From NCBI GenBank assembly GCA_001766815.1, contig LYOS01000001.1, positions 148,998 to 212,997 on the forward strand: a DNA stretch of 64,000 bases, given 5' to 3'. The notes beneath the pieces were generated by a model. That model was not told the origin of the DNA. It saw only the letters and a program-made list of their open reading frames with translations, and did no database searches. Position numbers and translations under genes: made by a program. Positions within the stretch are counted from its first letter, which is position 1; the number at the start of each line of letters is the position of its first letter. This DNA is from Candidatus Syntropharchaeum caldarium (GTDB taxonomy: Archaea > Halobacteriota > Syntropharchaeia > Syntropharchaeales > Syntropharchaeaceae). Below, one piece after another: positions 20,420 to 31,297 of this stretch.

Positions 20420-21508
20420 TCAATTCTCTATCACATCAACGATCTGATTAAAGAACCAGGCTTCAGTATCCCTTGGACCAGGGTGTGCTTCGGGGTGATA
20501 CTGGACACAGAATATGTTAAGGTACGGGCATGCAATTCCTTCAACCGTCTCATCGTTTGTGTTGATCTGGGTAATTTTGATCTCTGTACCTTCAATCGAG
20601 TCCCCATCAACTGCAAATCCGTGATTCTGTGATGTGATATAGACTTTTCCGTCTCTCAGATTTTTTACAGGTTGATTTGCCCCTCTATGTCCGAACTTCA
20701 GCTTGTACGTATCCGCCCCAAGCGCCCTCGCGATCACCTGATGGCCAAGACAGATTCCTGCTATGGGTAGTGAGCCTGCAAGCTCTGATACAAGTCTGAT
20801 TGCAGCTTTAGCCTGTTTTGGATCGCCCGGACCATTTGAGAGCAACAACAGGTCTGGATTTACTGATTCAAGATCTGATGCCTTTGAATCTGCTGGAAAG
20901 ACAAAGATATCCAGTTTTCTTCGCATTAAACTCTTCAAAATATTATTTTTAATTCCAAGATCTATAACAGCGATTCTTTTACCATCCCCTTCAATATGAT
21001 ACATACGTTTACATGTGACACGGCTGATGAGATCGAGTTCTGAGATCTCCTGCTCCCTGCATGCAAGCTCGACCGCCCTGCTGCCATCCACTGTTTTGCC
21101 TGTCATCAGACATGCCTTGAGTGTACCATGCTCACGGATTTTTATCGTGAGTGCTCGTGTATCGACACCTGCGATTCCAGGCTTTCTTTCGCTTTCCAGA
21201 AAGTCGTGGATCGAGTTTAGCGATCGATGGGAAGATGGGTGATCACATGCCTCCCTTACAACAAGTCCCTCTGCCTGCATCCTCTCTGACTGGAACGTAT
21301 CTGGGTTCAGTCCATAATTTCCGATCAATGGGTATGCAAACATTAAAATTTGTCCACTGTAAGAAGGATCGGTCAGTGCCTCCTCGTAGCCTGTAAACTG
21401 GGTTGTGAATACAAGTTCGCCACAGACGACACCTTCTATACCAAAACCCTCGCCATAAACTGTTGTACCGTCCTCCAATCCGATAACAGCATCCATCAAA
21501 GGACTCAC
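20420..21508 (-). CDS. carA: Carbamoyl-phosphate synthase small subunit (glutamine amidotransferase)
   Basis: GATase motifs GICLGHQV and HPE; located immediately upstream of carB. Confidence 0.95.
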   Translation of the reverse strand: MSPLMDAVIGLEDGTTVYGEGFGIEGVVCGELVFTTQFTGYEEALTDPSYSGQILMFAYPLIGNYGLNPDTFQSERMQAEGLVVREACDHPSSHRSLNSIHDFLESERKPGIAGVDTRALTIKIREHGTLKACLMTGKTVDGSRAVELACREQEISELDLISRVTCKRMYHIEGDGKRIAVIDLGIKNNILKSLMRRKLDIFVFPADSKASDLESVNPDLLLLSNGPGDPKQAKAAIRLVSELAGSLPIAGICLGHQVIARALGADTYKLKFGHRGANQPVKNLRDGKVYITSQNHGFAVDGDSIEGTEIKITQINTNDETVEGIACPYLNIFCVQYHPEAHPGPRDTEAWFFNQIVDVIEN

Positions 21509-21589
21509 GGCATCGGCGTTAAAATAGCTTATGGTTTCGGAAGTATTTTATACAGAAAGCTCAAGCCTACGTCAGCAACGGTAATGTAA

Positions 21590-22246
21590 TTGGGATGTAT
21601 TATGCTGGCGGTTCTTGAGATCAGGCGAAGAATGTACTGGGCGATCTCACTTTTTTTCAGCGGTGAGCCACCACGTGCACTTGCAGATGCGTTTATGAGC
21701 CGTGGAATGGTATTTCCTCATGCCGATCCTACACGTTACCCTGAACTTGCAGAAGGGTTTGCAGAACTGGAGGCGTTCGTATCATCATATGAGGATGCAG
21801 AAACACTCCACCATGCAATGGTCAATGATTACCAGAAATTGTTTCCAAAGGATTCAAAGAACGGCATCTCGCGGTGTGAGTCAGACTGGATAGATGGGGA
21901 ATCGTCGTCCACACTTCAGGCGGTTGAACGCGCGTATCTGTGTGCAGGATATGAACCGAGTGGTAATAAAGTCCTCTTCTTCAAGGATGATATCGCCATC
22001 GAGTCTGAGTTTATGCACTGTCTCTGCAAACGCTCAATCGAGGATCGAGATAACCTCGAGTATTACATCGAGCAGGAGGTATCATTTCTCCGCGAACATC
22101 TTTTAAAATGGGTTCCGAGCTTCTGTGATGCAATAATTGAACTATCTGATTCTGACTACTTCGTTGCTGTTGCAAAGATCACAAAAGGGTTTATCATAAT
22201 GGATTTAGAGATTGCAGAGATGATTCTATCCGGTGAGATCCTGTAA
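21590..22246 (+). CDS. TorD-like cytoplasmic chaperone family protein (tentative)
   Basis: N-terminal RRMYWAISLFFSGEPP resembles the TorD/DmsD N-terminal pattern; no molybdoenzyme partner in window. Confidence 0.4.
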   Translation: MGCIMLAVLEIRRRMYWAISLFFSGEPPRALADAFMSRGMVFPHADPTRYPELAEGFAELEAFVSSYEDAETLHHAMVNDYQKLFPKDSKNGISRCESDWIDGESSSTLQAVERAYLCAGYEPSGNKVLFFKDDIAIESEFMHCLCKRSIEDRDNLEYYIEQEVSFLREHLLKWVPSFCDAIIELSDSDYFVAVAKITKGFIIMDLEIAEMILSGEIL

Positions 22247-22257
22247 CAAACTTATGG

Positions 22258-23004
22258 TTAGAGTTCGCCACGCGCCTCTCTGAGAACCCTCAGAACATCC
22301 CTTCGAAGCTGTATACATTCGATCGACGTTCGATCTCTGGGGCGCGGTATTCTATTTTCAAAAATCTTTTTTATCTTCGATGGCCGCCGATCAAGAACAA
22401 GTATCCGATCGCCAAGATATGTTGCTTCATCGATCGAGTGGGTCACAAAGAGTATCGTCCGTTTCCTGCGCTGCCAGATCTCAATGAGCTCCTCCTGGAG
22501 GAGGTTTCTCGTCTGTGCATCAACCGCTGCAAACGGCTCATCCATCAGGATCACCTCTGGACTGATGACAAATACCCTGGCAAGTGCTGCCCGCTGTTTC
22601 ATCCCTCCCGAAAGTTCGTGGGGATAGGCGTTCTCAAAGCCTTCGAGTCCGACGATACGAATCGCTTTTTGCGCAATCTCTCGCCGCTTCTGCTTATCAA
22701 CCCCCCTGACCTCAAGCCCAAACTCAACATTCTCAATTACAGTTCGCCACATGAAGAGTGCATGCTCCTGAAAAACAAATCCAATCCTCGAGTCTATTTC
22801 TGTAACCAGCTCCCCATCGATCCAGATTTCCCCCTCATATTCACGATCAAGCCCGACGATGGCCCTCAGGATCGTGCTTTTTCCGCAACCAGAGGGGCCA
22901 ACCATACACAGGATCTCACCATCCAGCACATCAAAGCTCAGATTATCAATGACTAAAAGATCGCCAAATCGTTTTGTAAGTCCTACAACCCTGATACCAC
23001 TCAT
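22258..23004 (-). CDS. ABC transporter ATP-binding protein (nitrate/sulfonate/bicarbonate-type)
   Basis: Walker A GPSGCGKST, signature LSGGMKQR, Walker B ILMDEPF. Confidence 0.85.
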   Translation of the reverse strand: MSGIRVVGLTKRFGDLLVIDNLSFDVLDGEILCMVGPSGCGKSTILRAIVGLDREYEGEIWIDGELVTEIDSRIGFVFQEHALFMWRTVIENVEFGLEVRGVDKQKRREIAQKAIRIVGLEGFENAYPHELSGGMKQRAALARVFVISPEVILMDEPFAAVDAQTRNLLQEELIEIWQRRKRTILFVTHSIDEATYLGDRILVLDRRPSKIKKIFENRIPRPRDRTSIECIQLRRDVLRVLREARGEL

Positions 23005-23759
23005 GCAACGACACCTTTACGCCAACGAAGCACCTTTGACTCATACTTCCTGATGCCAATATCACTGGAGATCCCGATGATTCCAAGTACCAGCATATAG
23101 GCAAAGATTCGTGCCATATCCATATAGTTCCTTGATAGTGTAAGTTCCAGTCCAATTCCTCCACCTGCACCAAACATCTCCCCTGCAACAAGACACATCC
23201 ATGCCGCAGCGTTACTCACCCTTATTCCTGTAAAGATACGCGGGAGTGATGCTGGAAATATGATCTTTCGTATCATCGTGAATTCATCCCTGACTCCGAG
23301 GGTCATCGCAGCCTCTATATCTGTCTTATTCACACTCTTTGCCCCGTCATAGGTATTAATCAATGTGGGAAAGAAGGCACCGATGAATATGATGAAACCT
23401 GCAGCCCATGGCGTAAATCCCAGCCAGATGATCGCAACAGGAATCCACGCAATTGGCGGAATGGGTCGCATCATCTCCTCTATGGGGTAGAGCAAATCCT
23501 CAACCAGTCTGATTCTCCCCATTATAATACCAAGTGGTATTGCAAAAAGAAGTGCGCCACCAAATCCGATAAGATAATGAATGAAGCTATCCTTGATTGC
23601 TGCCTGGAGTGTTCCTTTTTCAATCTCTATCGGTATCTTCTCGATCGCTTCTGAAGGAGGGGGAAGATAATCGGGATTGACCACTCCTATCATCGGTAAG
23701 AGTTCCCATAAAAAGAAAAATATGAGAAGACCGAGGATGTTTACCGTTCTTCTATTCAC
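23001..23759 (-). CDS. ABC transporter permease (SsuC/TauC-like)
   Basis: Six-TM permease with 4-nt overlaps to the ATPase and binding-protein genes. Confidence 0.8.
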   Translation of the reverse strand: MNRRTVNILGLLIFFFLWELLPMIGVVNPDYLPPPSEAIEKIPIEIEKGTLQAAIKDSFIHYLIGFGGALLFAIPLGIIMGRIRLVEDLLYPIEEMMRPIPPIAWIPVAIIWLGFTPWAAGFIIFIGAFFPTLINTYDGAKSVNKTDIEAAMTLGVRDEFTMIRKIIFPASLPRIFTGIRVSNAAAWMCLVAGEMFGAGGGIGLELTLSRNYMDMARIFAYMLVLGIIGISSDIGIRKYESKVLRWRKGVVA

Positions 23760-24793
23760 ATTCCTCGCTCCTCGATAACCTCATCATAGAAGCTGTAATC
23801 AAAGATATCAGATTCGCTCAGCTGCTCATCGATGTAACCACGCTTATAGTGAATACTGACAATATCCATCGTTGCATCGGTGATATTATGTGGATTGGAG
23901 TCAAATCCGATTGGAATCGGTCCTTCAGCTTTAAGCCCACGCAGGATTGCTTCTTTCGGGTAGCCATGTTCTTCCCATTCGAGGAAATTATTGACAATCT
24001 CTGCAGTCTCCTCCGGGTGGTTCATCACATACTCGGTTGCATTGATATGAATCTCAACGAGCTTCTTCACGATATCAGGATGGTTCTCGATGAGATCCTC
24101 TGAAACAAGAAGCACACAGCAGGGATGGTTTGGGTATGTCTCGTACGAGGTGAGATTTGTAAAAGCACCATATCCTGCAACAACCGGGATTTCTGTAAGC
24201 TCCTCAGAGAAGTAAATCGCATCAAGATTCTTTGTGGCAAGCCCGGACATCATGTCGCCCACACCCATATACTTAACCGTCACCTTGTTTTTATCAAGTC
24301 TGCCCTCGGCCGCCATCTTGTTCATCCAGTTATCAAAGATGACATCCTGGATAGATCCACTCGTCAGCGTTCCGATCGTCTTACCTTCAAGATCGCTTGG
24401 CCTGGTATATATCCAGTCAGGCGTGCCGTTTGTCGCAGCAACAACAAGTACCTGTGCCTCCTTCTGGGCTGCTGCAACGACCTTTGCATCAAGTCCGTGT
24501 CCTATTGCATTGATGACCGGGGAGATGCCGACATAAGCCACATTCATCTCGCCAGCGCGCATTGCCTCCATCTCAGGCGAGCCGCCAGCCCAGTAAATAC
24601 CAGCAACCTCTGCATCTATCCCCGCATCTTCGAACCATCCCTTCTCAAATGCGACCATCCCTGCGGCGTGATGTGCTGCGGGCTGAAAGCCGATTCTAAG
24701 TGTACCTGTCGCCTTTTCTTCTGGTGTGATACAGCCTGAGACTGATAGAATAATAGTTACTACAGCTATACTAATCAATAACCTTTTATACAT
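23756..24793 (-). CDS. ABC transporter substrate-binding protein (NMT1/SsuA-like), probable lipoprotein
   Basis: N-terminal signal with SGC lipobox-like motif; SBP fold suggested by operon context. Confidence 0.7.
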   Translation of the reverse strand: MYKRLLISIAVVTIILSVSGCITPEEKATGTLRIGFQPAAHHAAGMVAFEKGWFEDAGIDAEVAGIYWAGGSPEMEAMRAGEMNVAYVGISPVINAIGHGLDAKVVAAAQKEAQVLVVAATNGTPDWIYTRPSDLEGKTIGTLTSGSIQDVIFDNWMNKMAAEGRLDKNKVTVKYMGVGDMMSGLATKNLDAIYFSEELTEIPVVAGYGAFTNLTSYETYPNHPCCVLLVSEDLIENHPDIVKKLVEIHINATEYVMNHPEETAEIVNNFLEWEEHGYPKEAILRGLKAEGPIPIGFDSNPHNITDATMDIVSIHYKRGYIDEQLSESDIFDYSFYDEVIEERGM

Positions 24794-24818
24794 AATTAGA
24801 TTCTACCTCCACTCAATA

Positions 24819-24830
24819 TTTATAATTTAC
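24819..24830 (-). promoter_or_regulatory. TATA-like box for the ABC transporter operon
   Basis: tttataatttac about 26-37 bp upstream of the binding-protein start at 24793. Confidence 0.3.
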
Positions 24831-24856
24831 GTTTGTTAACTCTGACCTGATTACCC

Positions 24857-24870
24857 AAAAGTATAAATAA
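24857..24870 (+). promoter_or_regulatory. TATA box for the XRE-type regulator gene (leaderless-type spacing)
   Basis: aaaagtataaataa about 22-35 bp upstream of the ATG at 24893; same AAGTATAAATA core as at 34695 and 38048. Confidence 0.4.
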
Positions 24871-24892
24871 ATTGCTGTTTCATCCAATTATA

Positions 24893-25420
24893 ATGGGTGT
24901 TGCCGATGAACTTTTATCAGAGGTTTTTGGATCAAATGAAGAGATTTCAACACTTCTTGGAAGGACGATAAAGCAGAAACTCGGAATGACCGTGGGAGAG
25001 TTCAGCAAGCAATCGGGAATACCAGCGAGCACGCTGTATAAGATCCTTTCAGGTGAGCGAGATCCAAACCTGCGTACATTCAGAAAAATCATCTCAACGA
25101 TCAGAGAAATCGAGAACATGGGTGCAGAAGAACGCGGGTTCATTGCTGTGATTGCCTCAAGAGGCATCCTGGACAATATCGAGATGAAAGAGATATTTGC
25201 CAATGACATAAATATCGGTATAAAGGAGTATGCTGCGACAAATATCGAGGATACGATCGTTGCGGCGATTCAGGCAGAACGGGGAGGGGCATCGGCGATT
25301 GTCTGTGCCCCAATCTGTAGTCCGACGATCGAGAAGATAGTGGAGATACCTGTTGCTACGATAAAACCGAAATCGAGCGTGATCGAGGCGATAAAAGTTG
25401 CAAAAAAGAAAATCGAGTAA
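24893..25420 (+). CDS. XRE-family helix-turn-helix transcriptional regulator with uncharacterized C-terminal domain
   Basis: HTH region TIKQKLGMTVGEFSKQSGIPASTLYKILSGERDP; start at the first ATG (the track ORF begins at an upstream TTG). Confidence 0.55.
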   Translation: MGVADELLSEVFGSNEEISTLLGRTIKQKLGMTVGEFSKQSGIPASTLYKILSGERDPNLRTFRKIISTIREIENMGAEERGFIAVIASRGILDNIEMKEIFANDINIGIKEYAATNIEDTIVAAIQAERGGASAIVCAPICSPTIEKIVEIPVATIKPKSSVIEAIKVAKKKIE

Positions 25421-25453
25421 CGTTTTTATATCAAAACTTCCTTATTAAAACCT

Positions 25454-26350
25454 GTGACTGACCTCGGGAGGATATTAGGAGATGGTTTTGAGACGTGGAA
25501 ACAAAACCTGAATCTTGCAGTGCCATTTATTCTTGAACAGATCCTGATCTGGGTTATGCTGGTTATCGCTATTCTGGTTGCATTTTTCACTGCATTCGCC
25601 TCAATCATCCCATATTTAGAGAAGCTTGGACCAGAACCTGCTCCAGAAGCACTCTTTGAACTATGGACGGTGGTTGCACCTTTTATTGGTATATTCCTCA
25701 TAGGCGTTCTCATTATCTCGATTCTTTTAATGCTGGTCGATGCGTTCATCTGGGCAGGCGCTGTAGGGATGGCAAAGCTTGCGATCGAGACGGGAGAGTG
25801 CAGGATTGGGGATATGTTTGATTACGGAAAGAAGCATTTTCTGGCGGTTTTTATCTCGAATATATTGGTCGGCATTGCCTTCCTTCTCGGTTTTTTGGCA
25901 CTGGTACCAGGAGTAGTTGTTATGGCGACCTCTGTGGTGGGCGTTATGCTCCTCGTTCTTGGTGCGCTCATCATGATTTTATACCAGATCTTTGTCGCCC
26001 TATCATTCTATCTTGCACGCTTTGCGATCGTTGTGGATGGAGTGGGCGCAATCGAAGGAATGAAAAGGTCATACAGGGTATTTAAATCAAACAAGCTTGA
26101 TATGTTACTCTTAGGTGTGATTCTTTTTGCAGCGGTATTTGTTGTTGAGATATCGTATGTGATCATCCTCATGTTAGCTTCGGTGATCCCTGTAATTGGG
26201 GGTGCCCTTCAGATGATACTGCAAATTGCCTTCTCGCTCATTGTGATACCCATGCTCATTGCGCTTATGGTGGTATGGCTGACAGAGTTCTATATCGATC
26301 GATCTGCACATCTTCACTCACCTGAGACCATGATTACAGGTGACATTTAG
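25454..26350 (+). CDS. Integral membrane protein of unknown function
   Basis: Multiple hydrophobic helices across 298 aa; no recognised catalytic motif. Confidence 0.4.
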   Translation: MTDLGRILGDGFETWKQNLNLAVPFILEQILIWVMLVIAILVAFFTAFASIIPYLEKLGPEPAPEALFELWTVVAPFIGIFLIGVLIISILLMLVDAFIWAGAVGMAKLAIETGECRIGDMFDYGKKHFLAVFISNILVGIAFLLGFLALVPGVVVMATSVVGVMLLVLGALIMILYQIFVALSFYLARFAIVVDGVGAIEGMKRSYRVFKSNKLDMLLLGVILFAAVFVVEISYVIILMLASVIPVIGGALQMILQIAFSLIVIPMLIALMVVWLTEFYIDRSAHLHSPETMITGDI

Positions 26351-26392
26351 AAAGACTTTTATGCACCCGATATTGAGGAACAGGATGATAGA

Positions 26393-27817
26393 ATGGTGAA
26401 TTTGCAGACGACTGATGTAGATGTTATGATCGGGCTTGAGTGTCACGTGCAGATCAACAAGCTCAATACCAAGCTATTTTGTGGGTGTTCTTCAGATTAC
26501 CACGATGACCCCCCAAACACCCATACATGTCCTGTTTGTCTTGGGCTCCCAGGTGCACTCCCTGTTATAAACAGGCGAGCTGTTGAGTGCGGGATAAAGG
26601 TTGCACTTGCTCTTGGCTGCAAGATTCAGGAGGAGACACTCTTCTATCGGAAAAACTACTACTATCCCGATCTTCCACGGGGCTTCCAGATTTCGCAGTA
26701 CGACTTCCCGCTTGCAACAGATGGAATCGTATATCTTGAAAAAGATATAAAGCGCGGGATTCGGATCAATCGTGTTCACATGGAGGAAGATCCAGGCAGA
26801 CTTGTTCATAAGGGCGCGATCGAAGAGGCGAAGTACACAATGGTTGACTACAACCGTTCAGGAATGCCGCTTCTTGAAATTGTGACCGAGCCAGATCTGA
26901 GATCACCTCGTGAAGCGAGACAGTTCCTGAATAAGATCAGAAACATCCTCGAGTACCTTGACGTCTTTGATGGCGATCTTGAAGGTTCATTGCGGGTCGA
27001 TGCAAATATCTCGATCAATGGGGGCGACCGCACAGAGGTTAAGAACATATCTTCATACAAAGGAGTGGAGAAAGCCCTTCTTTTTGAGCTGAATCGTCAG
27101 AAGAATGTATTGCGAAGGGGGAAGAAGGTTGAACAGGAGACGCGTCATTTTGACGAGACGCGCGGTATCACGATCCCACTCAGAACAAAGGAAGCAGAGT
27201 ATGATTACAGATATTTTCCTGAACCAGATCTCGTTCTCATGCGGCTTGGAGGATGGATCGATGAAATAAAAGAAAGTTTGCCTGAACTCCCTGATGCAAA
27301 GCGGGAGCGATTTTTGCGTGAGTACAACATCTCAGAGATTCATGCAACCATTCTGACTTCTGATGTCCATCTTGCAGACTTTTTTGAAGCAGTTGCATCC
27401 AGGATTGATCCAGGCATCTGCACATCATGGATTGCAGACGTACTGAAGGGGGAACTCAACTATCGCGGAATCAAAGTAAATCGTATCGCGAAAGAGGACT
27501 TCATCGAGCTTATGCAGCTTCTTGTGGAGGACAAAATAACAGATCATGGTGCTATAGAGGTTATACGCACACTCCTTGATCATGGCGGAGACGTCAAGGA
27601 GATTGTAAGCGAGAAAGGACTTTTAAAGGCTGAGATCGATGAAACCGAGAAAGCAGTCAACGAAGTCATCAAAGAGTTTCCAGCAGCAGTCAATGACTAC
27701 CGGTCAGGAAAAAAGGAGGCGCTCAACTATCTTGTGGGCCAGGTGATGCGAAAGACGCGTGGGCGAGCTGACCCAGAACATGCAAATAGACTGCTTCTTG
27801 AAAGAATTGAGGAGTGA
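26393..27817 (+). CDS. gatB: Aspartyl/glutamyl-tRNA amidotransferase subunit B
   Basis: MIGLECHVQ, CPVCLGLPGALPVINRRAV, YRKNYYYPDLPRGFQISQ. Confidence 0.9.
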   Translation: MVNLQTTDVDVMIGLECHVQINKLNTKLFCGCSSDYHDDPPNTHTCPVCLGLPGALPVINRRAVECGIKVALALGCKIQEETLFYRKNYYYPDLPRGFQISQYDFPLATDGIVYLEKDIKRGIRINRVHMEEDPGRLVHKGAIEEAKYTMVDYNRSGMPLLEIVTEPDLRSPREARQFLNKIRNILEYLDVFDGDLEGSLRVDANISINGGDRTEVKNISSYKGVEKALLFELNRQKNVLRRGKKVEQETRHFDETRGITIPLRTKEAEYDYRYFPEPDLVLMRLGGWIDEIKESLPELPDAKRERFLREYNISEIHATILTSDVHLADFFEAVASRIDPGICTSWIADVLKGELNYRGIKVNRIAKEDFIELMQLLVEDKITDHGAIEVIRTLLDHGGDVKEIVSEKGLLKAEIDETEKAVNEVIKEFPAAVNDYRSGKKEALNYLVGQVMRKTRGRADPEHANRLLLERIEE

Positions 27818-27818
27818 T

Positions 27819-28403
27819 ATGTCGAGATCACGCGTGGTTCAATGCGCAGAGGCGATCGTTGATATAAGGCAGGATAAGGTTTACAAACGGAGAATACCGA
27901 AAAGCTATCGTATAAAAGAGCTTGATGAGCGTATCAGGCGTGAGCGGACAAAATTTGAGGCAAAAATAATGAAAGAGGCGCGAAAACTCGGTGTACCAAC
28001 TCCAATTGTGCTTGACTGCTGGCATACCACGATAACAATGGAGTACATCGACGGCACACCACTCAAAGATTGCATCTCTGAAGAATACTGCAAAAGGGCA
28101 GGCGAACTTGTTGGACGACTCCATTCAGGCGAGATTATACACGGAGACCTTACAACATCGAACATGATCGTTACAGAGGGTGACAGGTTATATTTAATCG
28201 ACTTTGGGCTTTCATTTTATGAGCAAACGATCGAGGCAAGGGGTGTTGATCTCCACGTCTTTTTCCAGACACTCCGGGGCAGCCATGAGGGGTATGATGA
28301 CCTGATCAGTGCATTTAAGAGAGGATACCAGGCAAGTTTCGATCAGGCTGAGTCTGTACTTGCACGTGTAGCCGAAATTGAGTTGAGAGGACGATATAAA
28401 TAG
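27819..28403 (+). CDS. Kae1-associated kinase Bud32 (KEOPS complex, RIO-type kinase fold)
   Basis: IIHGDLTTSNMIV and YLIDFGLS kinase motifs; start ATG one base after the gatB stop. Confidence 0.75.
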   Translation: MSRSRVVQCAEAIVDIRQDKVYKRRIPKSYRIKELDERIRRERTKFEAKIMKEARKLGVPTPIVLDCWHTTITMEYIDGTPLKDCISEEYCKRAGELVGRLHSGEIIHGDLTTSNMIVTEGDRLYLIDFGLSFYEQTIEARGVDLHVFFQTLRGSHEGYDDLISAFKRGYQASFDQAESVLARVAEIELRGRYK

Positions 28404-28413
28404 AAACCTCTAT

Positions 28414-28872
28414 CTATCTTGTTATCAGCATCTCAGCAGTAGCAGGGCTGTATGACCAGTCCGCTGGCAGCACCTTCTCTCTTCGATAGTATTTTACCAG
28501 TCTTCGGATCTTTGACTCAATCAGATTCAGCGCCCTTTTATTATGGAGATCTTTTTTATTATTCTCTATATGCTTTCTGAGACGAAGTGCTTTTATAATA
28601 AGATTTTCAAGGTCTTCAGGTACTTTTATTGGAGTTCCCTGCTCTTCAAGTATCTTTGAGATTTTTTTGCCTGTCACAAGCTTTGTTGAAGGAATTCCAT
28701 ACTTATCCCGCAGTATCATGCCGATTTCGCTCGTTGAGTAACCCTGGCTGTAGAGTTTGGCTACCTCTTCTTCAACGTTCTGCGAACTCATATTGACCCA
28801 TTCAGGGATCTCCTTACGATATAGTTTTGTTGATCCTGATTTACCTTTTCGTCTGGCGTACATTCTTGCCAT
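28414..28872 (-). CDS. rps15: 30S ribosomal protein S15
   Basis: [26 protein letters not shown]...[22 protein letters not shown] typical of archaeal S15/S13e. Confidence 0.85.
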   Translation of the reverse strand: MARMYARRKGKSGSTKLYRKEIPEWVNMSSQNVEEEVAKLYSQGYSTSEIGMILRDKYGIPSTKLVTGKKISKILEEQGTPIKVPEDLENLIIKALRLRKHIENNKKDLHNKRALNLIESKIRRLVKYYRREKVLPADWSYSPATAEMLITR

Positions 28873-28942
28873 TACGTTTCACCGTTCATTCTTAATAGCA
28901 GGGGGTATTTAAAGTTTGAGTTGCATCCAACCTTACCCCTGA

Positions 28943-29014
28943 TGCGCCGACCGGGATTCGAACCCGAGTTTGAGGCTTGGCAAGCCTCGGTGATAACCGC
29001 TACACTATCGGCGC
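28943..29014 (-). tRNA. tRNA-Gly (anticodon GCC)
   Basis: 72 nt cloverleaf on the reverse complement: acceptor GCGCCGA/TCGGCGC, anticodon stem GAGGC/GCCTC with loop TTGCCAA, T-arm TCGGG-TTCGAAT-CCCGG, discriminator A; no encoded CCA. Confidence 0.85.
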
Positions 29015-29074
29015 AGACGATCTTTAATACCATAGTGTAATATATAACCCTAACGATTACATGCTGGGGAAGAT

Positions 29075-29749
29075 ATGAAGATTGTTGTATCAATCGGAGG
29101 TTCAGTGCTGATATCAGATAGCGACCCCGATCGAATAAAGGCCTTTGCGTCAGTTCTAAGGGAAATTGCCACCTCTAACCATGTTTTTGTTGTAACGGGT
29201 GGTGGAGAAACAGCAAGAAAATATATCAAACTTGGGAGAGGACTTGGCGCAAACGAAGGAATCTGTGATCGGATCGGGATAGATGTGACACGGCTCAACG
29301 CATACATTTTGATCCTTGCACTGGGAAGTTTCGCATATCCTGAGGTCATTACCACATACAGGGACGCCCTCGTCGCAGGTGAGCATGGGATTGTTGTGAT
29401 GGGCGGTGTGAGTCCTGGTTATACGACTGATGCGGTATCTGCGATCCTTGCTGAGTATGTGGGCGCAGATCTTCTGATAAATGCGACATCGGTGGACGGT
29501 GTGTACAGCAGTGATCCAAAGATAAATCCTGATTCGAAACGATACGAGCAGATGAGCGCCTATGAGCTTGTGGAGGTTGTACTTTCCACGAAACTCCATG
29601 CAGGCTCAACATCTGTGATAGATCCTGTAGGGGCAAAGGTGATCGAGCGATCGGGGATCAGAACGATCGTCCTCAACGGCAGCGATCCATCAAACATCCT
29701 CAAAGCAGTGCGGGGCGAGAAGATCGGAACAGAGATTCTGAGTGATTAG
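29075..29749 (+). CDS. pyrH: Uridylate (UMP) kinase
   Basis: MKIVVSIGGSVL and VFVVTGGGETAR amino-acid-kinase motifs. Confidence 0.85.
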   Translation: MKIVVSIGGSVLISDSDPDRIKAFASVLREIATSNHVFVVTGGGETARKYIKLGRGLGANEGICDRIGIDVTRLNAYILILALGSFAYPEVITTYRDALVAGEHGIVVMGGVSPGYTTDAVSAILAEYVGADLLINATSVDGVYSSDPKINPDSKRYEQMSAYELVEVVLSTKLHAGSTSVIDPVGAKVIERSGIRTIVLNGSDPSNILKAVRGEKIGTEILSD

Positions 29750-31203
29750 ATCTGCTTTAAAACATCGCTGATTTTATCGATGATGTCAGTTGCCAGAAGT
29801 CCATATCCCCGTTCCCTGAACGCAAGATCACCCGCTGCACCAGAGAGAAATGCGGCTGCAGATGCCACTGCGACCGGGTCATCGCAGATCGCATAGAAAG
29901 CACCAGCAATTCCTGAAAGTACATCCCCGCTCCCACCAACCGTCATACCAGCGTTCCCGGTCCTGTTTATCCTTAAATTATTTCCATCACTGATCAGATC
30001 CTCAGCGCCTTTCATGAGCACTGTGAACCCGTTCTTCTTTGAAAACTCCATTACAAAAGTCTCGGGATCTCCTGTGATCTCAACCCCCATCTTGGCAAAC
30101 TCACCACGATGCGGAGTTATGATAAGATCCTCTTTTTGTGAAGGTAGATCAAGTGCGTAGAGACCATCTGCATCAAGAACAAGCTTTTTTGAGGTTTTAA
30201 TAACAGATCGCATAAGTTCAAGCGTCTCATCTGCATCGCCTGCGCCCATTCCAATCACAGTGACATCGTGACGCCCCATGAGGTTCTGTATGCATTCGAG
30301 GTCATCTGGACAGAGAATATCAGAGGAAAGTGGTTCAACGATGAGGTTCGGCGAGAATGTGGCTGCCGTCGCTGCAGCAGATCTGGGAAGGGCAAGCGTT
30401 ACCCAGTCAGCACCACTTCTGAGTGCGGCCATGGCAGATAAGACGGGTGCACCTGTAAACGGCCCCCCTCCAACGATCAAAACTCTGCCGTTATCTCCTT
30501 TGTGACTCGTCTTCTCCCGTTTTAGAAGTGCTTCAAGATCGCCTGGACCAGTTAAGATCTCAAAGAGCGAGGGGATTCCGATATCACCCACTTCTATCTC
30601 ACCGGTATAAGCAGCCGCAGCATCAAGCAGCATCCCCGTCTTTGGGCGATGGAATGTAACGGTGAGGTCTGCACAAACCGCGAGATCGGCTTCAGCAGTT
30701 TCTGGATCTAAACCAGAGGGGATATCCACGGCAATTTTAAACGCATTTGATCTATTTATAAGCTCTATAAGCCCTCTTTCTGGTTCTTTTATACTACCAG
30801 TGACGCCTGTACCGAAGATCGCATCAATAACAATCTCTGCATCATCCAGCGCATCACGCACAACTTTCATGGCTGAAGAATCTCTAATCTCTGTTAGTCT
30901 GAAGTTACTTGCTTTGAGTATCTCCCAGTTTGTACGCGCTTCTGCTGTTCTGATCTCCTCAAACCGTCCTGCAAGGAAGATCTCAACTTCGAACCCTTTG
31001 AGATGTCGGGCCGCAACAAAAGCATCCCCACCGTTGTTTCCTCTACCAGCGATGATCACGATTTTACCGCGCTCAAATCTTGATCTTATCGCGTGGGCAA
31101 TTGAAGCTCCTGCGTTCTCCATCAATTGAAGTGTTGAAAGTCCGTGATATGCAGCGTTCCTATCAATCCTTTTCATATCAAGCGGTCTCATTGGTGATCT
31201 CAT
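29746..31203 (-). CDS. nnr: Bifunctional NAD(P)H-hydrate repair enzyme (epimerase/dehydratase, YjeF family)
   Basis: N-terminal epimerase (IIAGRGNNGGDAFVAARHL) and C-terminal carbohydrate-kinase-like domain (TVGGSGDVLSG). Confidence 0.85.
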   Translation of the reverse strand: MRSPMRPLDMKRIDRNAAYHGLSTLQLMENAGASIAHAIRSRFERGKIVIIAGRGNNGGDAFVAARHLKGFEVEIFLAGRFEEIRTAEARTNWEILKASNFRLTEIRDSSAMKVVRDALDDAEIVIDAIFGTGVTGSIKEPERGLIELINRSNAFKIAVDIPSGLDPETAEADLAVCADLTVTFHRPKTGMLLDAAAAYTGEIEVGDIGIPSLFEILTGPGDLEALLKREKTSHKGDNGRVLIVGGGPFTGAPVLSAMAALRSGADWVTLALPRSAAATAATFSPNLIVEPLSSDILCPDDLECIQNLMGRHDVTVIGMGAGDADETLELMRSVIKTSKKLVLDADGLYALDLPSQKEDLIITPHRGEFAKMGVEITGDPETFVMEFSKKNGFTVLMKGAEDLISDGNNLRINRTGNAGMTVGGSGDVLSGIAGAFYAICDDPVAVASAAAFLSGAAGDLAFRERGYGLLATDIIDKISDVLKQI

Positions 31204-31297
31204 CTGAATCCCTCGGCAAAGATATGAGTTTATAATTTATATCGTTATAAGCGATTTAAGATAAAGATGTCGAGGGTACCATGACGCCCTGCTTGAT

